From Nitrospirota bacterium (GTDB taxonomy: Bacteria; Nitrospirota; UBA9217), in NCBI GenBank assembly GCA_963840455.1, contig CAWIYV010000011.1, forward strand, positions 736,001 to 800,000: a DNA stretch of 64,000 nt. The letters run 5' to 3'. The notes beneath the pieces were generated by a model. That model saw only the letters and a program-made list of their open reading frames with translations. It had not been told where the DNA came from and searched no databases. Positions 1 through 8,801 of this stretch are shown in pieces (positions within the stretch are counted from its first letter, which is position 1; every line of letters begins with the position of its first letter). Position numbers and translations under genes: made by a program.

Positions 1-132
1 GACGGAAATAGCAAAGCAAATCCTTATTCAACAGCCTGTTCATGGTCTCGTATTCCGCTTTCATCTGTGTATCCGCGCAGCAGACCCGTGGTTGCAGCGG
101 CCGCTACGAAGCTATTCGATCATTTGGCGGGA

Positions 133-162
133 AACAAAAAAGCCCCGGATCGCTCCGGGGCT
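133..162 (-). terminator. Rho-independent terminator of the cold-shock gene
   Basis: Hairpin agccccgga-tcgc-tccggggct (141-162) with adjacent A-run (U-tract on - strand). Confidence 0.75.
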
Positions 163-187
163 CAGGATGGTTGTCGCTGAACTTTCT

Positions 188-388
188 TTAGATCTTCTGG
201 ACGTTGGCAGCCTGCAGGCCCTTGGGACCCTGCACGATGTCAAAGGACACGCGCTCGCCTTCCTTGAGCGACTTGAAACCCTCCGTCTGGATCGCGGAAA
301 AATGCACGAACACATCTTCACCGTTCTCCTGCTTCAGAAACCCGAACCCCTTGCTGTCATTGAACCACTTCACCACACCTTCTGCCAT
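188..388 (-). CDS. cspA: Cold-shock protein (CspA family)
   Basis: 66 aa with RNP1 KGFGF and RNP2 VFVHF; RBS GAGG upstream. Confidence 0.95.
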   Translation of the reverse strand: MAEGVVKWFNDSKGFGFLKQENGEDVFVHFSAIQTEGFKSLKEGERVSFDIVQGPKGLQAANVQKI

Positions 389-444
389 TTCCGTTACCTC
401 AACCTTTCATGTTTATTTATCCGCATTAGCAGCGGACGTTTACA

Positions 445-473
445 ATAATAATGATTTCGACACCCCGTGTCAA
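445..473 (-). promoter_or_regulatory. Sigma70-type promoter for the csp gene
   Basis: TTGACA-17 nt-TATTAT on - strand. Confidence 0.65.
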
Positions 474-586
474 GCTGATATTTCCTTCAAAGGCGCTCTA
501 TGGTATACTGCTTTCCAGCCTTTCAAATCCACCGAAAGGAGCGCGGGGCGCGCCCGGAACCGGATATCGCGCCCCCCCGGGGAGCC

Positions 587-1270
587 ATGCTGATCAACTA
601 TCTGAAGGAGATACCCCTTTTTACCCATCTCAAGGACGCCCAGCTCAAGGAGATCGCCTCGCGGTGCAAGAAGGTCCTGTTCAAGAAGGGAGAGGTCATC
701 TTTCACAAGACGGACATGAGCACCGACCTTTACATCGTGGACAGCGGGACCCTCAAGGCGGTCCTGTCGGACGATGACGGCGACGAGATCGTTCTGGCCC
801 GCTTCGAAGCCGGCGCGTTCTTTGGCGAACTGAGCCTGCTGGACGGGCAAGGCCGGTCCGCAACGATCGTTGCGGACACCGATTCGGAACTCTCGGTCCT
901 GAGCCAGCCCGTGTTCCTGGATCTGGTCACCAAGGACCCCAAAATAGCCATCGCGCTCATGACCACCATGGTCGGACGGCTGCGGAATGCGGACGAGAAG
1001 ATCGAGTCGCTGGCGTTCCAGGAGGTCGCTGAACGACTGATCCGCACGCTGCTCGACGGATCGAGCCGTGAGGAGAAGGTCGCCAAGGGATTCCTCAAGG
1101 GCGCCAAGCGGACCCACAAGGAGCTGGCCAGCATGATTGGATCGTCCCGCGAGGCCGTGTCGAAATGCATGAAGGTCCTGGCGACGAACGGGATCGTCAA
1201 GGAGGCCGAGGGCCACATGCTCATCGCCGAGAACGCGTTGGAGCGGCTCAAGCATCGGCCGTCGCTGTAA
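587..1270 (+). CDS. Crp/Fnr family transcriptional regulator
   Basis: cNMP-binding motif FFGELSLLDGQGRSAT plus HTH THKELASMIGSSREAVS; start moved to ATG 587 after GGAG. Confidence 0.9.
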   Translation: MLINYLKEIPLFTHLKDAQLKEIASRCKKVLFKKGEVIFHKTDMSTDLYIVDSGTLKAVLSDDDGDEIVLARFEAGAFFGELSLLDGQGRSATIVADTDSELSVLSQPVFLDLVTKDPKIAIALMTTMVGRLRNADEKIESLAFQEVAERLIRTLLDGSSREEKVAKGFLKGAKRTHKELASMIGSSREAVSKCMKVLATNGIVKEAEGHMLIAENALERLKHRPSL

Positions 1271-1299
1271 CGTCTCGGCGTCAGACTGCAGAAACAGTT

Positions 1300-1337
1300 C
1301 GGGGGAGCCGGTGAACCGGCTCCCCCGTTTTATTTTC
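1300..1337 (+). terminator. Rho-independent terminator between convergent genes
   Basis: 12-bp stem cgggggagccgg-tgaa-ccggctcccccg followed by T-run. Confidence 0.85.
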
Positions 1338-1351
1338 GTTTGAGGAGATTA

Positions 1352-2704
1352 CTATATCTTTGGCAGCTTCGCGAGCGACTTCTTGATCTCTTCCGCGGGA
1401 TACTCGAAGTCTTTCAGCTTGCCGTCGTGGTAATCGGCGTAGGCCTGCAGGTCCAGGTAGCCGTGGCCGGAGAGGTTGAACAAGATGGTCCGCTGCTTTC
1501 CTTCCTCTTTGGCCTTGAGCGCCTCGTCGATGGCGCCCCGGATAGCATGGGCGCTCTCGGGTGCCGGAATGATGCCTTCGGTGTTGGCGAACTGGAGCGC
1601 CGCCTCGAACACCGGCACCTGGTTGTATGCCCGGGCCTCGATGATCTTATCATGGTAGAGCTGGGACACGATCGGCGAATCGCCGTGATACCGGAGGCCG
1701 CCCGCGTGGATGCCCGGCGGCATGAAATCATGGCCGAGGGTGTACATGGTCATGAGCGGCGTGAGGCCGGCAACGTCGCCGAAGTCGTACCGGAACTCGC
1801 CCTTGGTGAGAGTGGGGCAGGAGGCAGGCTCCACCGCGATGGCCCGCACCTGTTTACCGCCGAACTTGTCGTGCAGGAACGGGAAGGCCAGGCCTGCGAA
1901 GTTGCTCCCTCCGCCGCAGCAGGCGATTACCACGTCGGGATAGTCCCCGACGATCTCGAGCTGCTTCTTCGCCTCCTGGCCGATCACGGTCTGGTGCAGG
2001 CAGACATGGTTCAGCACCGAGCCGAGGGCGTAGTTCGTGTCGTTGTGCGTGGCCGCATCCTCCACGGCCTCGGAGATGGCGATGCCGAGGCTGCCTTGGC
2101 TGTTCGGATCCATCTCCAGGACCTTCCTGCCCGAGTTCGTCAACTTCGACGGGCTGGCATGGACCGTTGCACCCCAGGTCTCCATCATGATCCGGCGGTA
2201 TGGCTTCTGGCCGAAGCTCACCTTCACCATGTACACCGTGACGTCGAGCCCAAAGAGCTTGCCCGCCAGGGCCATGGACGAGCCCCACTGCCCGGCCCCG
2301 GTCTCGGTAGCGATGCGCTTGATGCCTGCCTTCTTATTATAGAAGGCTTGGGGGATCGAGGTATTGGGCTTGTGACTGCCCGCCGGGCTTACGCCTTCAT
2401 ATTTATAATAGATCTTGGCCGGCGTGCCGAGGGCCGCCTCGAGCCGATGCGCACGGAACAGCGGGGACGGCCGCCAGAGGGTGTATATTTCCAGCACTTC
2501 CTGGGGGATATCGATCCATCGGTCAGCGCTCACTTCCTGCAGGATCAGGTCCATGGGAAAGATGGGCTTGAGGTCGTCGGGACCCACAGGCTGCTTGGTC
2601 CCGGGGTGGAGCGGCGGCTTTGGCTTGTTCGGCATGTCCGCCATGATGTTGTACCACTTCGTGGGGATCTCTTTGTCCGAAAGAACGATCTTGGTCTGTC
2701 GCAT
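1352..2704 (-). CDS. trpB2: TrpB2-type tryptophan synthase beta chain (outside the trp operon)
   Basis: PLP lysine motif [30 protein letters not shown]; ~450 aa typical of TrpB2. Confidence 0.9.
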   Translation of the reverse strand: MRQTKIVLSDKEIPTKWYNIMADMPNKPKPPLHPGTKQPVGPDDLKPIFPMDLILQEVSADRWIDIPQEVLEIYTLWRPSPLFRAHRLEAALGTPAKIYYKYEGVSPAGSHKPNTSIPQAFYNKKAGIKRIATETGAGQWGSSMALAGKLFGLDVTVYMVKVSFGQKPYRRIMMETWGATVHASPSKLTNSGRKVLEMDPNSQGSLGIAISEAVEDAATHNDTNYALGSVLNHVCLHQTVIGQEAKKQLEIVGDYPDVVIACCGGGSNFAGLAFPFLHDKFGGKQVRAIAVEPASCPTLTKGEFRYDFGDVAGLTPLMTMYTLGHDFMPPGIHAGGLRYHGDSPIVSQLYHDKIIEARAYNQVPVFEAALQFANTEGIIPAPESAHAIRGAIDEALKAKEEGKQRTILFNLSGHGYLDLQAYADYHDGKLKDFEYPAEEIKKSLAKLPKI

Positions 2705-2814
2705 CACATCCTCCTGCAATAGAAAATAAGGGGTCAGGTGCTGAAAAGTGCGGGTATTCTATACTATTTTTCGGGCTTGTACAACGGGATTTTGGGGAGG
2801 CTAGATCGACATCC

Positions 2815-2954
2815 GCCACAGAGGCACAGAGAACATCAGAACGACCAGAAAGAGAAAGACAGAGAGGCGGCCTGCCGGTAAAAAGCAAAATACGACGCAA
2901 TAATGAACCTTGATCTGCTCCTGCCTTCCTCTGCGCTTTCTGTGCCTCTGTGGC
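2815..2954. repeat. Palindromic intergenic repeat, family A (REP/MITE-like)
   Basis: Perfect 16-bp terminal inverted repeat gccacagaggcacaga ... tctgtgcctctgtggc. Confidence 0.8.
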
Positions 2955-2968
2955 ACGACTGATGTTGA

Positions 2969-3244
2969 TCACATCCCAATGGAGAACATCCCCTCGAGGT
3001 CGTGGCGGGAATGCACGCGGAAGGCGATGAGGGTCTCGGAGGCGAGGATCCCTTTCACCTTGAGCATGTGAAGGGTCACCAGGTCGGCAAGCTGGTCGTT
3101 GTCCCGGGCGCGGATGACAACTGCCAGGTCGTACCTCCCGGCAACGGAATAGACCTCGGAGATCCCTTTCATCCCGGCAAGCTCCTCGGCGACCTCATTG
3201 ACCCGGTCGCGCGAGACATTCAGAAGTACCAGTGCAGTGACCAT
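2969..3244 (-). CDS. Stand-alone Lrp/AsnC ligand-binding (RAM) domain protein
   Basis: 91 aa, EVYSVAGRYDL motif, no HTH. Confidence 0.85.
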   Translation of the reverse strand: MVTALVLLNVSRDRVNEVAEELAGMKGISEVYSVAGRYDLAVVIRARDNDQLADLVTLHMLKVKGILASETLIAFRVHSRHDLEGMFSIGM

Positions 3245-3263
3245 GAGAACCTCCTGGTAACGT

Positions 3264-3350
3264 CACCCCTCCCTTGATGGGAGGGGATAAAGGGGAGGGT
3301 GGTCAGCTGGGATATCACCCCCACCTAACCTCCCCAGCAAGGGGGAGGAA
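3264..3350. repeat. REP-like double-hairpin element (CCCCTCCC type)
   Basis: cccctccc-ttgat-gggagggg ... cctcccc-agcaa-gggggagg. Confidence 0.65.
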
Positions 3351-3405
3351 TTACGCGGCTGTGAGCTAGTATAACAAATTTATAACTGCCAATCACGAAA
3401 ATCGA

Positions 3406-4326
3406 TTATCCCGGCACGCACCGCGGCTCGGGCGCCGACTGCTTGCCGGTGTGCGCATGGCCGTGGGCGGGGCAGCCGCCGTGGCATTGATGATGGAGCG
3501 CGCAGGCGGTCCGGGGGCATCTGTTCCCCGTGAATGTCCTGAAGAATGCGAGCACGGGATGGCGCCAGATCGCATCAAGGGGATCAGCAAGGATGTTCCC
3601 GAGCCGGTATTGCTCTTTTCCAAACAGGAGATTGCAGGGATAGACCGAGCCGTCGGGGAGGATGCCGAGCTTCGTCGTCCCCCCGGGGCAGCGGGCCATC
3701 CGGAGCTGGGGATACTGATCGAGATCAGGAATGAACCCTGAGCAGAAAACCACGCCCGTCCGTGAGCCATACCGGCTGCCGACCGCCTCGAGGAACCGGT
3801 CAAAGGGAAGGGACCCATCGAGCTCATCGGGGCCGAGCGCATCGCGGTACAGGAGGTAGTAGCGTCGCGGCGCCAGCGCGAGGACCTTTTCGATCAGCCC
3901 GTGATCAACGGCCCTGCTGAATACGGTCTTGACGATCGGACGGTGCTTCCGGAGAAATCGCTCGAGACCCTGCAGCGTCGCATGGTCGTTCACCGAGACC
4001 CCGACCGTCGCCCTCGCGAACCGCCGCATGATCTCCGCAAGCTGGTCCGGGTCCCTCCCGTTCGAACTGATGTTGACCCTCATGCCCCTTCCGCAGGCAT
4101 GCTCGATCATCGGCAGGAGCTCCCGGTGCAGCGTCGGTTCGCCGCCGATGATATCGAGGACCTGCACGCCCGCGCCCGTGATCCGGTCGATCATCCTCCG
4201 GAATGAAGCGAGCGGCATGTCCTCTCCCCCGGGCAGCGACTGATTGAAACAGAAGTCACAGCTCCGGTCGCAGCGCAACGTCGGCGAGAATTGGACATAT
4301 TCGGGTGCAAGCGGTTTGTACGTCAT
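3406..4326 (-). CDS. Radical SAM protein with SPASM domain
   Basis: CDRSCDFC, GGEP motif, C-terminal PDGSVYPC...CPRTAC...CHGGC...C. Confidence 0.9.
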   Translation of the reverse strand: MTYKPLAPEYVQFSPTLRCDRSCDFCFNQSLPGGEDMPLASFRRMIDRITGAGVQVLDIIGGEPTLHRELLPMIEHACGRGMRVNISSNGRDPDQLAEIMRRFARATVGVSVNDHATLQGLERFLRKHRPIVKTVFSRAVDHGLIEKVLALAPRRYYLLYRDALGPDELDGSLPFDRFLEAVGSRYGSRTGVVFCSGFIPDLDQYPQLRMARCPGGTTKLGILPDGSVYPCNLLFGKEQYRLGNILADPLDAIWRHPVLAFFRTFTGNRCPRTACALHHQCHGGCPAHGHAHTGKQSAPEPRCVPG

Positions 4327-5153
4327 TCGATGAGATACCGGTCCTTCTTCTTCACGATGAACCCCTCCCGCGCAAGCTGGTCCAGGTTTTTCCTCACCCG
4401 CTCAGCATCCATCCCGGTCTCCTTCACGATCCGGGCGGCGGTCAGCGGTGGTCCTTTGACCAGGGCCTTCACGATCCTGCCCCGCACCTGGCGGTTCGAG
4501 TTCTCGAAGGGGCTCTGGCGGACATAGTGGGCGCTTTTCTTGTTCGGATTGCCATGCTCCTGCTTCAGCATGGTCCCATAGTCCATGAGAGCATTGTACC
4601 ATTTCCGCGGATTCTTCGTGTCGAGGGTCTGCCGTACCAGCGGGACCAGCTGGTCGTCGTGGATGTTCCGGCGGTCATGCAGGAACTCGTGAATATACAC
4701 CCGGCGAATGTTCGTGTCCATGAACACGACCGGCTTGTTGAACGCAAAGGCTGACACTGCGCCCGCGGTGTACTTCCCGATGCCCGGCAGCGTCACGAGG
4801 ACGTCCGGGTCCGACGGCAGCCTGCCCTTGTACTCCGCAAAAACGACCTGTGCCAGCTTCCTGAGCGACAACGCCCGGCGGTTGTAGCCCATGCCGGACC
4901 AGATCTTAAGCAGTTTCGGGAGCGGCGCTTTCGAGAGCGCCTTGAAGTCAGGGAACGCGGCGAGGAACTCGCGGTACTTCTCGATGACGCGATCCACCTG
5001 CGTCTGCTGCAACATGATCTCGGAGACGAGGACGCGGTATGGCGTGATGCGCTTTCGCCACGGTAGGTCTCGGCCAAACGTGTCGTAGTAGGCGATAACC
5101 TTTTTACGAAAGGAACGAATCTGGGACGGCCTGAGGGGCGAACATGCTGGCAT
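4323..5153 (-). CDS. mutY: HhH-GPD A/G-specific adenine glycosylase (MutY-like, short form without Fe-S motif)
   Basis: LPWR, VSEIMLQQTQV, GMGYNRRA, LPGIGKYTA, DTNIRR motifs. Confidence 0.8.
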   Translation of the reverse strand: MPACSPLRPSQIRSFRKKVIAYYDTFGRDLPWRKRITPYRVLVSEIMLQQTQVDRVIEKYREFLAAFPDFKALSKAPLPKLLKIWSGMGYNRRALSLRKLAQVVFAEYKGRLPSDPDVLVTLPGIGKYTAGAVSAFAFNKPVVFMDTNIRRVYIHEFLHDRRNIHDDQLVPLVRQTLDTKNPRKWYNALMDYGTMLKQEHGNPNKKSAHYVRQSPFENSNRQVRGRIVKALVKGPPLTAARIVKETGMDAERVRKNLDQLAREGFIVKKKDRYLIE

Positions 5154-5237
5154 TGAGTGGTCTTTCCTTATTCTCAGAAAGCAAGCTACACGATAAAGCA
5201 GAGCAAGGAAAGAGTCAACAGGTATGTCACAAGGCGG

Positions 5238-5309
5238 GCCTAACAACTGCAGCTACAAGCTTGCAGAGGATAAATTGGCAACAGCATTGCAGTCTTTCGG
5301 TTGTTACTT
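5238..5309 (-). other. Degenerate attC-like site
   Basis: On - strand AAGTAAC...GTTAGGC with imperfect palindrome (taacaac/gttgtta, tgca arms), 72 bp. Confidence 0.45.
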
Positions 5310-5312
5310 GCA

Positions 5313-5378
5313 CATGAACGTCGAAGTGAGCGGCCTGTGCGGCTTTTCGCGCAGGTTCGCTCGATTGCCGGGTTAGAC
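5313..5378 (-). other. attC recombination site
   Basis: On - strand GTCTAAC...GTTCATG, 66-bp imperfect palindrome downstream of the VOC gene. Confidence 0.8.
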
Positions 5379-5394
5379 GCCACTTCCTTAGTTC

Positions 5395-5871
5395 TCAGCG
5401 GTTACGTCCTATGGGATTCTCTCGGGAAATCTGCTGCCCGAGCTGTTGGGCGAGCCCGATGAGAATTCCTTCGGGACCCCGGATGTAGCAGAGCCGATAC
5501 ATGTTTTTATACTGGACCACTTCGCCGACGAGCTTCGCGCCGCGTTTCCCGAGCCGGACGAGCGTATCGTCGAGGTCCTCCACAGTGAACATGACGCGTA
5601 GGTAACCGAAAGCGTTCACTGGGGCGATGCGGTGATCGGCGACCACGGGCGGCGCGAGGAAGCGGGACAACTCGAGCCGGCTGTGACCGTCCGGCGTACG
5701 CATCATGGCAATCTCGACGCGCATGCCGCGCAATCCGGTGACACCATCTGCCCAGTCTCCTTCAACTGGAACACGTCCCTCGAGATCGAGACCAAGTTCG
5801 GTGAAGAACTCAATGGCGGCATCAATGTCTTCCACCACGATGCCGACGTTGTCCATACGCTTAACTGTCAT
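5395..5871 (-). CDS. VOC/glyoxalase family protein (gene cassette)
   Basis: MDNVGIVVED...AIEFFTELG...YIRGPEGILIGL; RBS GGAG; flanked by attC sites. Confidence 0.9.
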   Translation of the reverse strand: MTVKRMDNVGIVVEDIDAAIEFFTELGLDLEGRVPVEGDWADGVTGLRGMRVEIAMMRTPDGHSRLELSRFLAPPVVADHRIAPVNAFGYLRVMFTVEDLDDTLVRLGKRGAKLVGEVVQYKNMYRLCYIRGPEGILIGLAQQLGQQISRENPIGRNR

Positions 5872-5885
5872 GATGTCTCCTTGAC

Positions 5886-5944
5886 GTCTAACGTGCGGCT
5901 AAGACGCGCGTTTTTGCGCGTCGGACTTGAGCCGCATGTTAGGT
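5886..5944 (-). other. attC recombination site
   Basis: On - strand ACCTAAC...GTTAGAC, 59-bp palindrome; upstream ORF stop TAA lies inside ACCTAAC. Confidence 0.85.
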
Positions 5945-6409
5945 GTTATTCTTCATTTCGATGTGTTTAATGCCATACATGAAAGTTGATCGAGTAAATG
6001 AAAAAAGACTAAAGACATTAATGACTATAGCAATGAAAATAAAGACGTACCATAGGCCACCACGCCAGGCATCACTTTCTGGGTGTCCGAATATCGCGGA
6101 GAAGATGATAAATAAAATATAAGAAGCACTCATTCCGGCTCCTAGACCGAGGAATATTCCGAAGTAGAGGTATAAGTTGATAGAGAGTGTAGACCGAACG
6201 GTAAGATAAGGTGAATTGTAAACATCTGGTCCTTTCTTTTTTAGGAATGCGATACCGGTCGCGCCTATAATGAAGCCGACGAAAGACGTAATTGTTGCCC
6301 ATGCAAAATTATAGGCTCTATGTTCGGAGAAAATGAATACCAGGTATCCAAGATAGCCGAATACAGCACCAGTTAGAGCGTTGGCTATGTAATATTTGCT
6401 TTTCATCAT
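5939..6409 (-). CDS. Hypothetical 4-TM membrane protein (AT-rich gene cassette)
   Basis: Four hydrophobic segments; low GC; starts just after GTTAGGT and ends in the attC core. Confidence 0.7.
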   Translation of the reverse strand: MMKSKYYIANALTGAVFGYLGYLVFIFSEHRAYNFAWATITSFVGFIIGATGIAFLKKKGPDVYNSPYLTVRSTLSINLYLYFGIFLGLGAGMSASYILFIIFSAIFGHPESDAWRGGLWYVFIFIAIVINVFSLFSFTRSTFMYGIKHIEMKNNT

Positions 6410-6633
6410 GGCACCTAACAAGTAATTCTACAGTTCACGCCATTTGTCCAGAATCGGATGTTATCAACCCTCGGCTAACGGTCTAACATGCTATTTCGGA
6501 TAGATGGTCACTTCTTACCAATATCGGTGTTTCGTTAGTACACAATACTGGTTGACGTTCGTAATGACTGATTATTCAATTAGTGTGCAAGAAACAGAAA
6601 ATACTCTACAATGCGATTTCCATCTTGATTAGG

Positions 6634-6662
6634 AGCATAATACAGCCGCTCTTTATAATCAA
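6634..6662 (-). promoter_or_regulatory. Candidate cassette promoter (Pc-like)
   Basis: TTGATT-17 nt-TATGCT pointing into the array. Confidence 0.4.
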
Positions 6663-6756
6663 GCCTTACCATGGGGTATTTTCAGGGTAGCGGAGAATGC
6701 CAAAGGTCAGCAGCCGGCTGATTTTTTTTGAGGAAATCGAATAAGCGGCGTAAGAC

Positions 6757-6787
6757 AACAAAACCCCTGCTGGAGAACCAGCAGGGG
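6757..6787 (-). terminator. Terminator downstream of rnpB
   Basis: cccctgctgg-agaa-ccagcagggg with adjacent A-rich run. Confidence 0.7.
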
Positions 6788-6802
6788 CGGTAAAGAAAAA
6801 GA

Positions 6803-7171
6803 TCAGAGCGGGCCGTAAGCCGAGTTCTGTGTCCCCGGTTTCCCGGGGCGGTGAGCATTTATCTGGGCCGTTGATTGCTCAACGGCTCGAGCGATCTACC
6901 CGGAAGTCTCGGACGGGCCGTCCTTATTCCCTTGCGGGAAGCGCTTCCCTATGTGATCTTGCTCCAGGCGGGGTTTGCCAAGCATTCCCGGTCGCCCGGG
7001 AATCTGGTGGGCTCTTACCCCACCGTTTCACCCTTGCCCTTGCGGGCGGTCTTCTTTTCTGTGGCACTTTCCATGGGGTCGCCCCCTGTCCCGTTTCGGG
7101 ACCGCCTTGCCCTGCGGAGCTCGGACTTTCCTCCCCCCGTTTCCGGGGAGCGATCACCTCACCCGCTCTGA
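6803..7171 (-). ncRNA. rnpB: RNase P RNA, bacterial class A
   Basis: On - strand GAGGAAAGTCC near 5' end, AGTGCCACAGAA, GGGTGAAACGGTGGGGTAAGAGCCCACC, ACAGAACTCGGCTTAC at 3' end; P1 pairing of the ends. Confidence 0.97.
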
Positions 7172-7189
7172 AATCGCATAACCTTTTTT

Positions 7190-7288
7190 ACCGCAGAGGA
7201 CGCAGAGGTCGCGGAGAAAACCTACAACACCCAGGCTTTGTTAATAAAATTACAGCTTCTTCTCTGCGTGCTCTGCGATCTCTGCGGT
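7190..7288. repeat. Palindromic repeat family A copy
   Basis: accgcagaggacgcagag ... ctctgcgatctctgcggt. Confidence 0.8.
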
Positions 7289-7291
7289 GAA

Positions 7292-7693
7292 TTATTTTAT
7301 CTTTTCATCGATCGCCTTGTTCGCCAGGGCGTCGGCCTCCTTGTTCTTCTCCCTCGGTATGTATTGTACCTCCACGCTGCCGATCAAGGCAATAAGCCCT
7401 TTCACCTTGGTGTATAGCGGCTTGAGCCCCTCGTTCTTCACTTTGTACAGGCCGTTGATCTGCTTGACCATGAGTTCCGAGTCGGCGAAGAGCCTTACCT
7501 TCTTGGCGCCCGCCTTCGCGGCATGCTCCAGGCCGATGATCGCAGCGGTGTATTCGGCAATGTTGTTGGTCGTCGTCCCCAGGTATCGTGCGATCTGCTC
7601 GAAGGGCTCGCCGTCCCGCAGGATGTAGATGCCGGCACCCGATTCTCCGGGATTGTTCCGCGATGCACCGTCGGTATAGATGGTCAGTTCCAT
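7292..7693 (-). CDS. rnhA: Ribonuclease HI family protein
   Basis: YTDGASRNNPG, TNNIAEY, DSEL, NKEADALAN. Confidence 0.9.
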   Translation of the reverse strand: MELTIYTDGASRNNPGESGAGIYILRDGEPFEQIARYLGTTTNNIAEYTAAIIGLEHAAKAGAKKVRLFADSELMVKQINGLYKVKNEGLKPLYTKVKGLIALIGSVEVQYIPREKNKEADALANKAIDEKIK

Positions 7694-7718
7694 GACAGGC
7701 TGGCAGGCTGGCCGCACC

Positions 7719-8441
7719 TTAGGTGCGCGGCGTGAGCGCTTCCTTATAATAGAGGATCCGGGAGCAATGGGGGCAGGTAATGATCTCCGTGTTTTTCTTG
7801 ACGTTCACGAACAGCTGGGGCGGAATGCTCATGAAGCAGCCGGTGCAGGACTCGCCCCGGGCCTCCACCACGACCTTGCCCGCAAGCGAGCCATACCGCT
7901 TCTGATACCTGGCCAGCAGCGGCGCGTCAACGCGCGCAGCCAGTTCGTTGCGCTCGCGCTCGATGGTTGCCAGCTCCGCCTCGAGCTTTGCCATGTTCTC
8001 CTCGAGCTGCTTCCGCTCTGTAGCGATAGCAGCAGCCTCCTCCGCGGACCGGGACTCGGCATTCCTGATCTCCCCGGCTGCAGCGTCGATCTTCTCCATG
8101 AGTTTGAGGATATCGTCCTCGATCGCCTTGTTCTCCTGCTCCACGGTCTCGATCTCCTTGAGCAGTGCCGTGTATTCCTTGTTCGTCTTGATGTCCGGCG
8201 TCCGGGACTTCAGCTTTTCGACCTTCTGCCCACCTTCCTCGAGATCGCGGTCGCGATCGCGCTTGCCCTTCTGGGCGGCATCGAGGGCCTCGCGGACCCG
8301 GTCAAGCTCGGCTTTGTTCGCTTCGCTCTTTCGTTCGAGATCGGCGAGCATCTCGGGAAGCTTTTTTTTCTCTTGATGGCGGGCGCGGATCGCGCCGTCG
8401 ATGTCTTGCAGCCGGATCAGCAGGTTCAATTGTTCTTCCAT
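7719..8441 (-). CDS. Coiled-coil C4-type zinc-ribbon protein (DUF164 family)
   Basis: Long coiled coil, C-terminal CTGC...CPHCSRILY; usual context next to rnhA/rnpB. Confidence 0.88.
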   Translation of the reverse strand: MEEQLNLLIRLQDIDGAIRARHQEKKKLPEMLADLERKSEANKAELDRVREALDAAQKGKRDRDRDLEEGGQKVEKLKSRTPDIKTNKEYTALLKEIETVEQENKAIEDDILKLMEKIDAAAGEIRNAESRSAEEAAAIATERKQLEENMAKLEAELATIERERNELAARVDAPLLARYQKRYGSLAGKVVVEARGESCTGCFMSIPPQLFVNVKKNTEIITCPHCSRILYYKEALTPRT

Positions 8442-8568
8442 GGCCCTCTCCAAAAGAAAAATGCGCCTGATGGCGCATTGTTCGTTACGATAGATTTTTT
8501 CGTCTTCTTGATCCTGTCGATGGCATCGTGCTCGAAGCTCATGGGTATTCCGTGCGTCCTTCTAAAAG

Positions 8569-8644
8569 TGGTGGGCCCACCAGGACTCGAACCTGGGACC
8601 AACCGGTTATGAGCCGGTAGCTCTACCAGCTGAGCTATGGGCCC
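8569..8644 (-). tRNA. tRNA-Ile2 (anticodon CAT)
   Basis: GGGCCCATAGCTCAG...CTCATAA...GGTTCGAGTCC...GGGCCCACCA; 76 nt; position after rpoD typical of Ile2 (Met not excluded). Confidence 0.9.
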
Positions 8645-8801
8645 GAAGGAAAGGTTAACAGGAAAATGCAAGTTTCAAGATGGCGCGGCATCCGCTCTTC
8701 TTCAATTCACATTTTTTCATCTCGTTCGAGAAGTGCTGTTCCTTCCAGGCGAACGTCATATTGACACAGCGACACCTAAAAGTCAAGGGAGCCGGAAAAA
8801 A

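Larger units (their letters stand above)
5238..6419 (-). mobile_element. Integron gene-cassette array lacking an integrase (CALIN-like)
   Basis: ORFs bracketed by complementary core sites GTTAGGT/ACCTAAC and GTTAGAC/GTCTAAC, separated by palindromic attC sites; no intI in window. Confidence 0.8.

Noticed and set aside
6829-7290. Several ORFs over 6829-7290
   Set aside because: They overlap the RNase P RNA gene.
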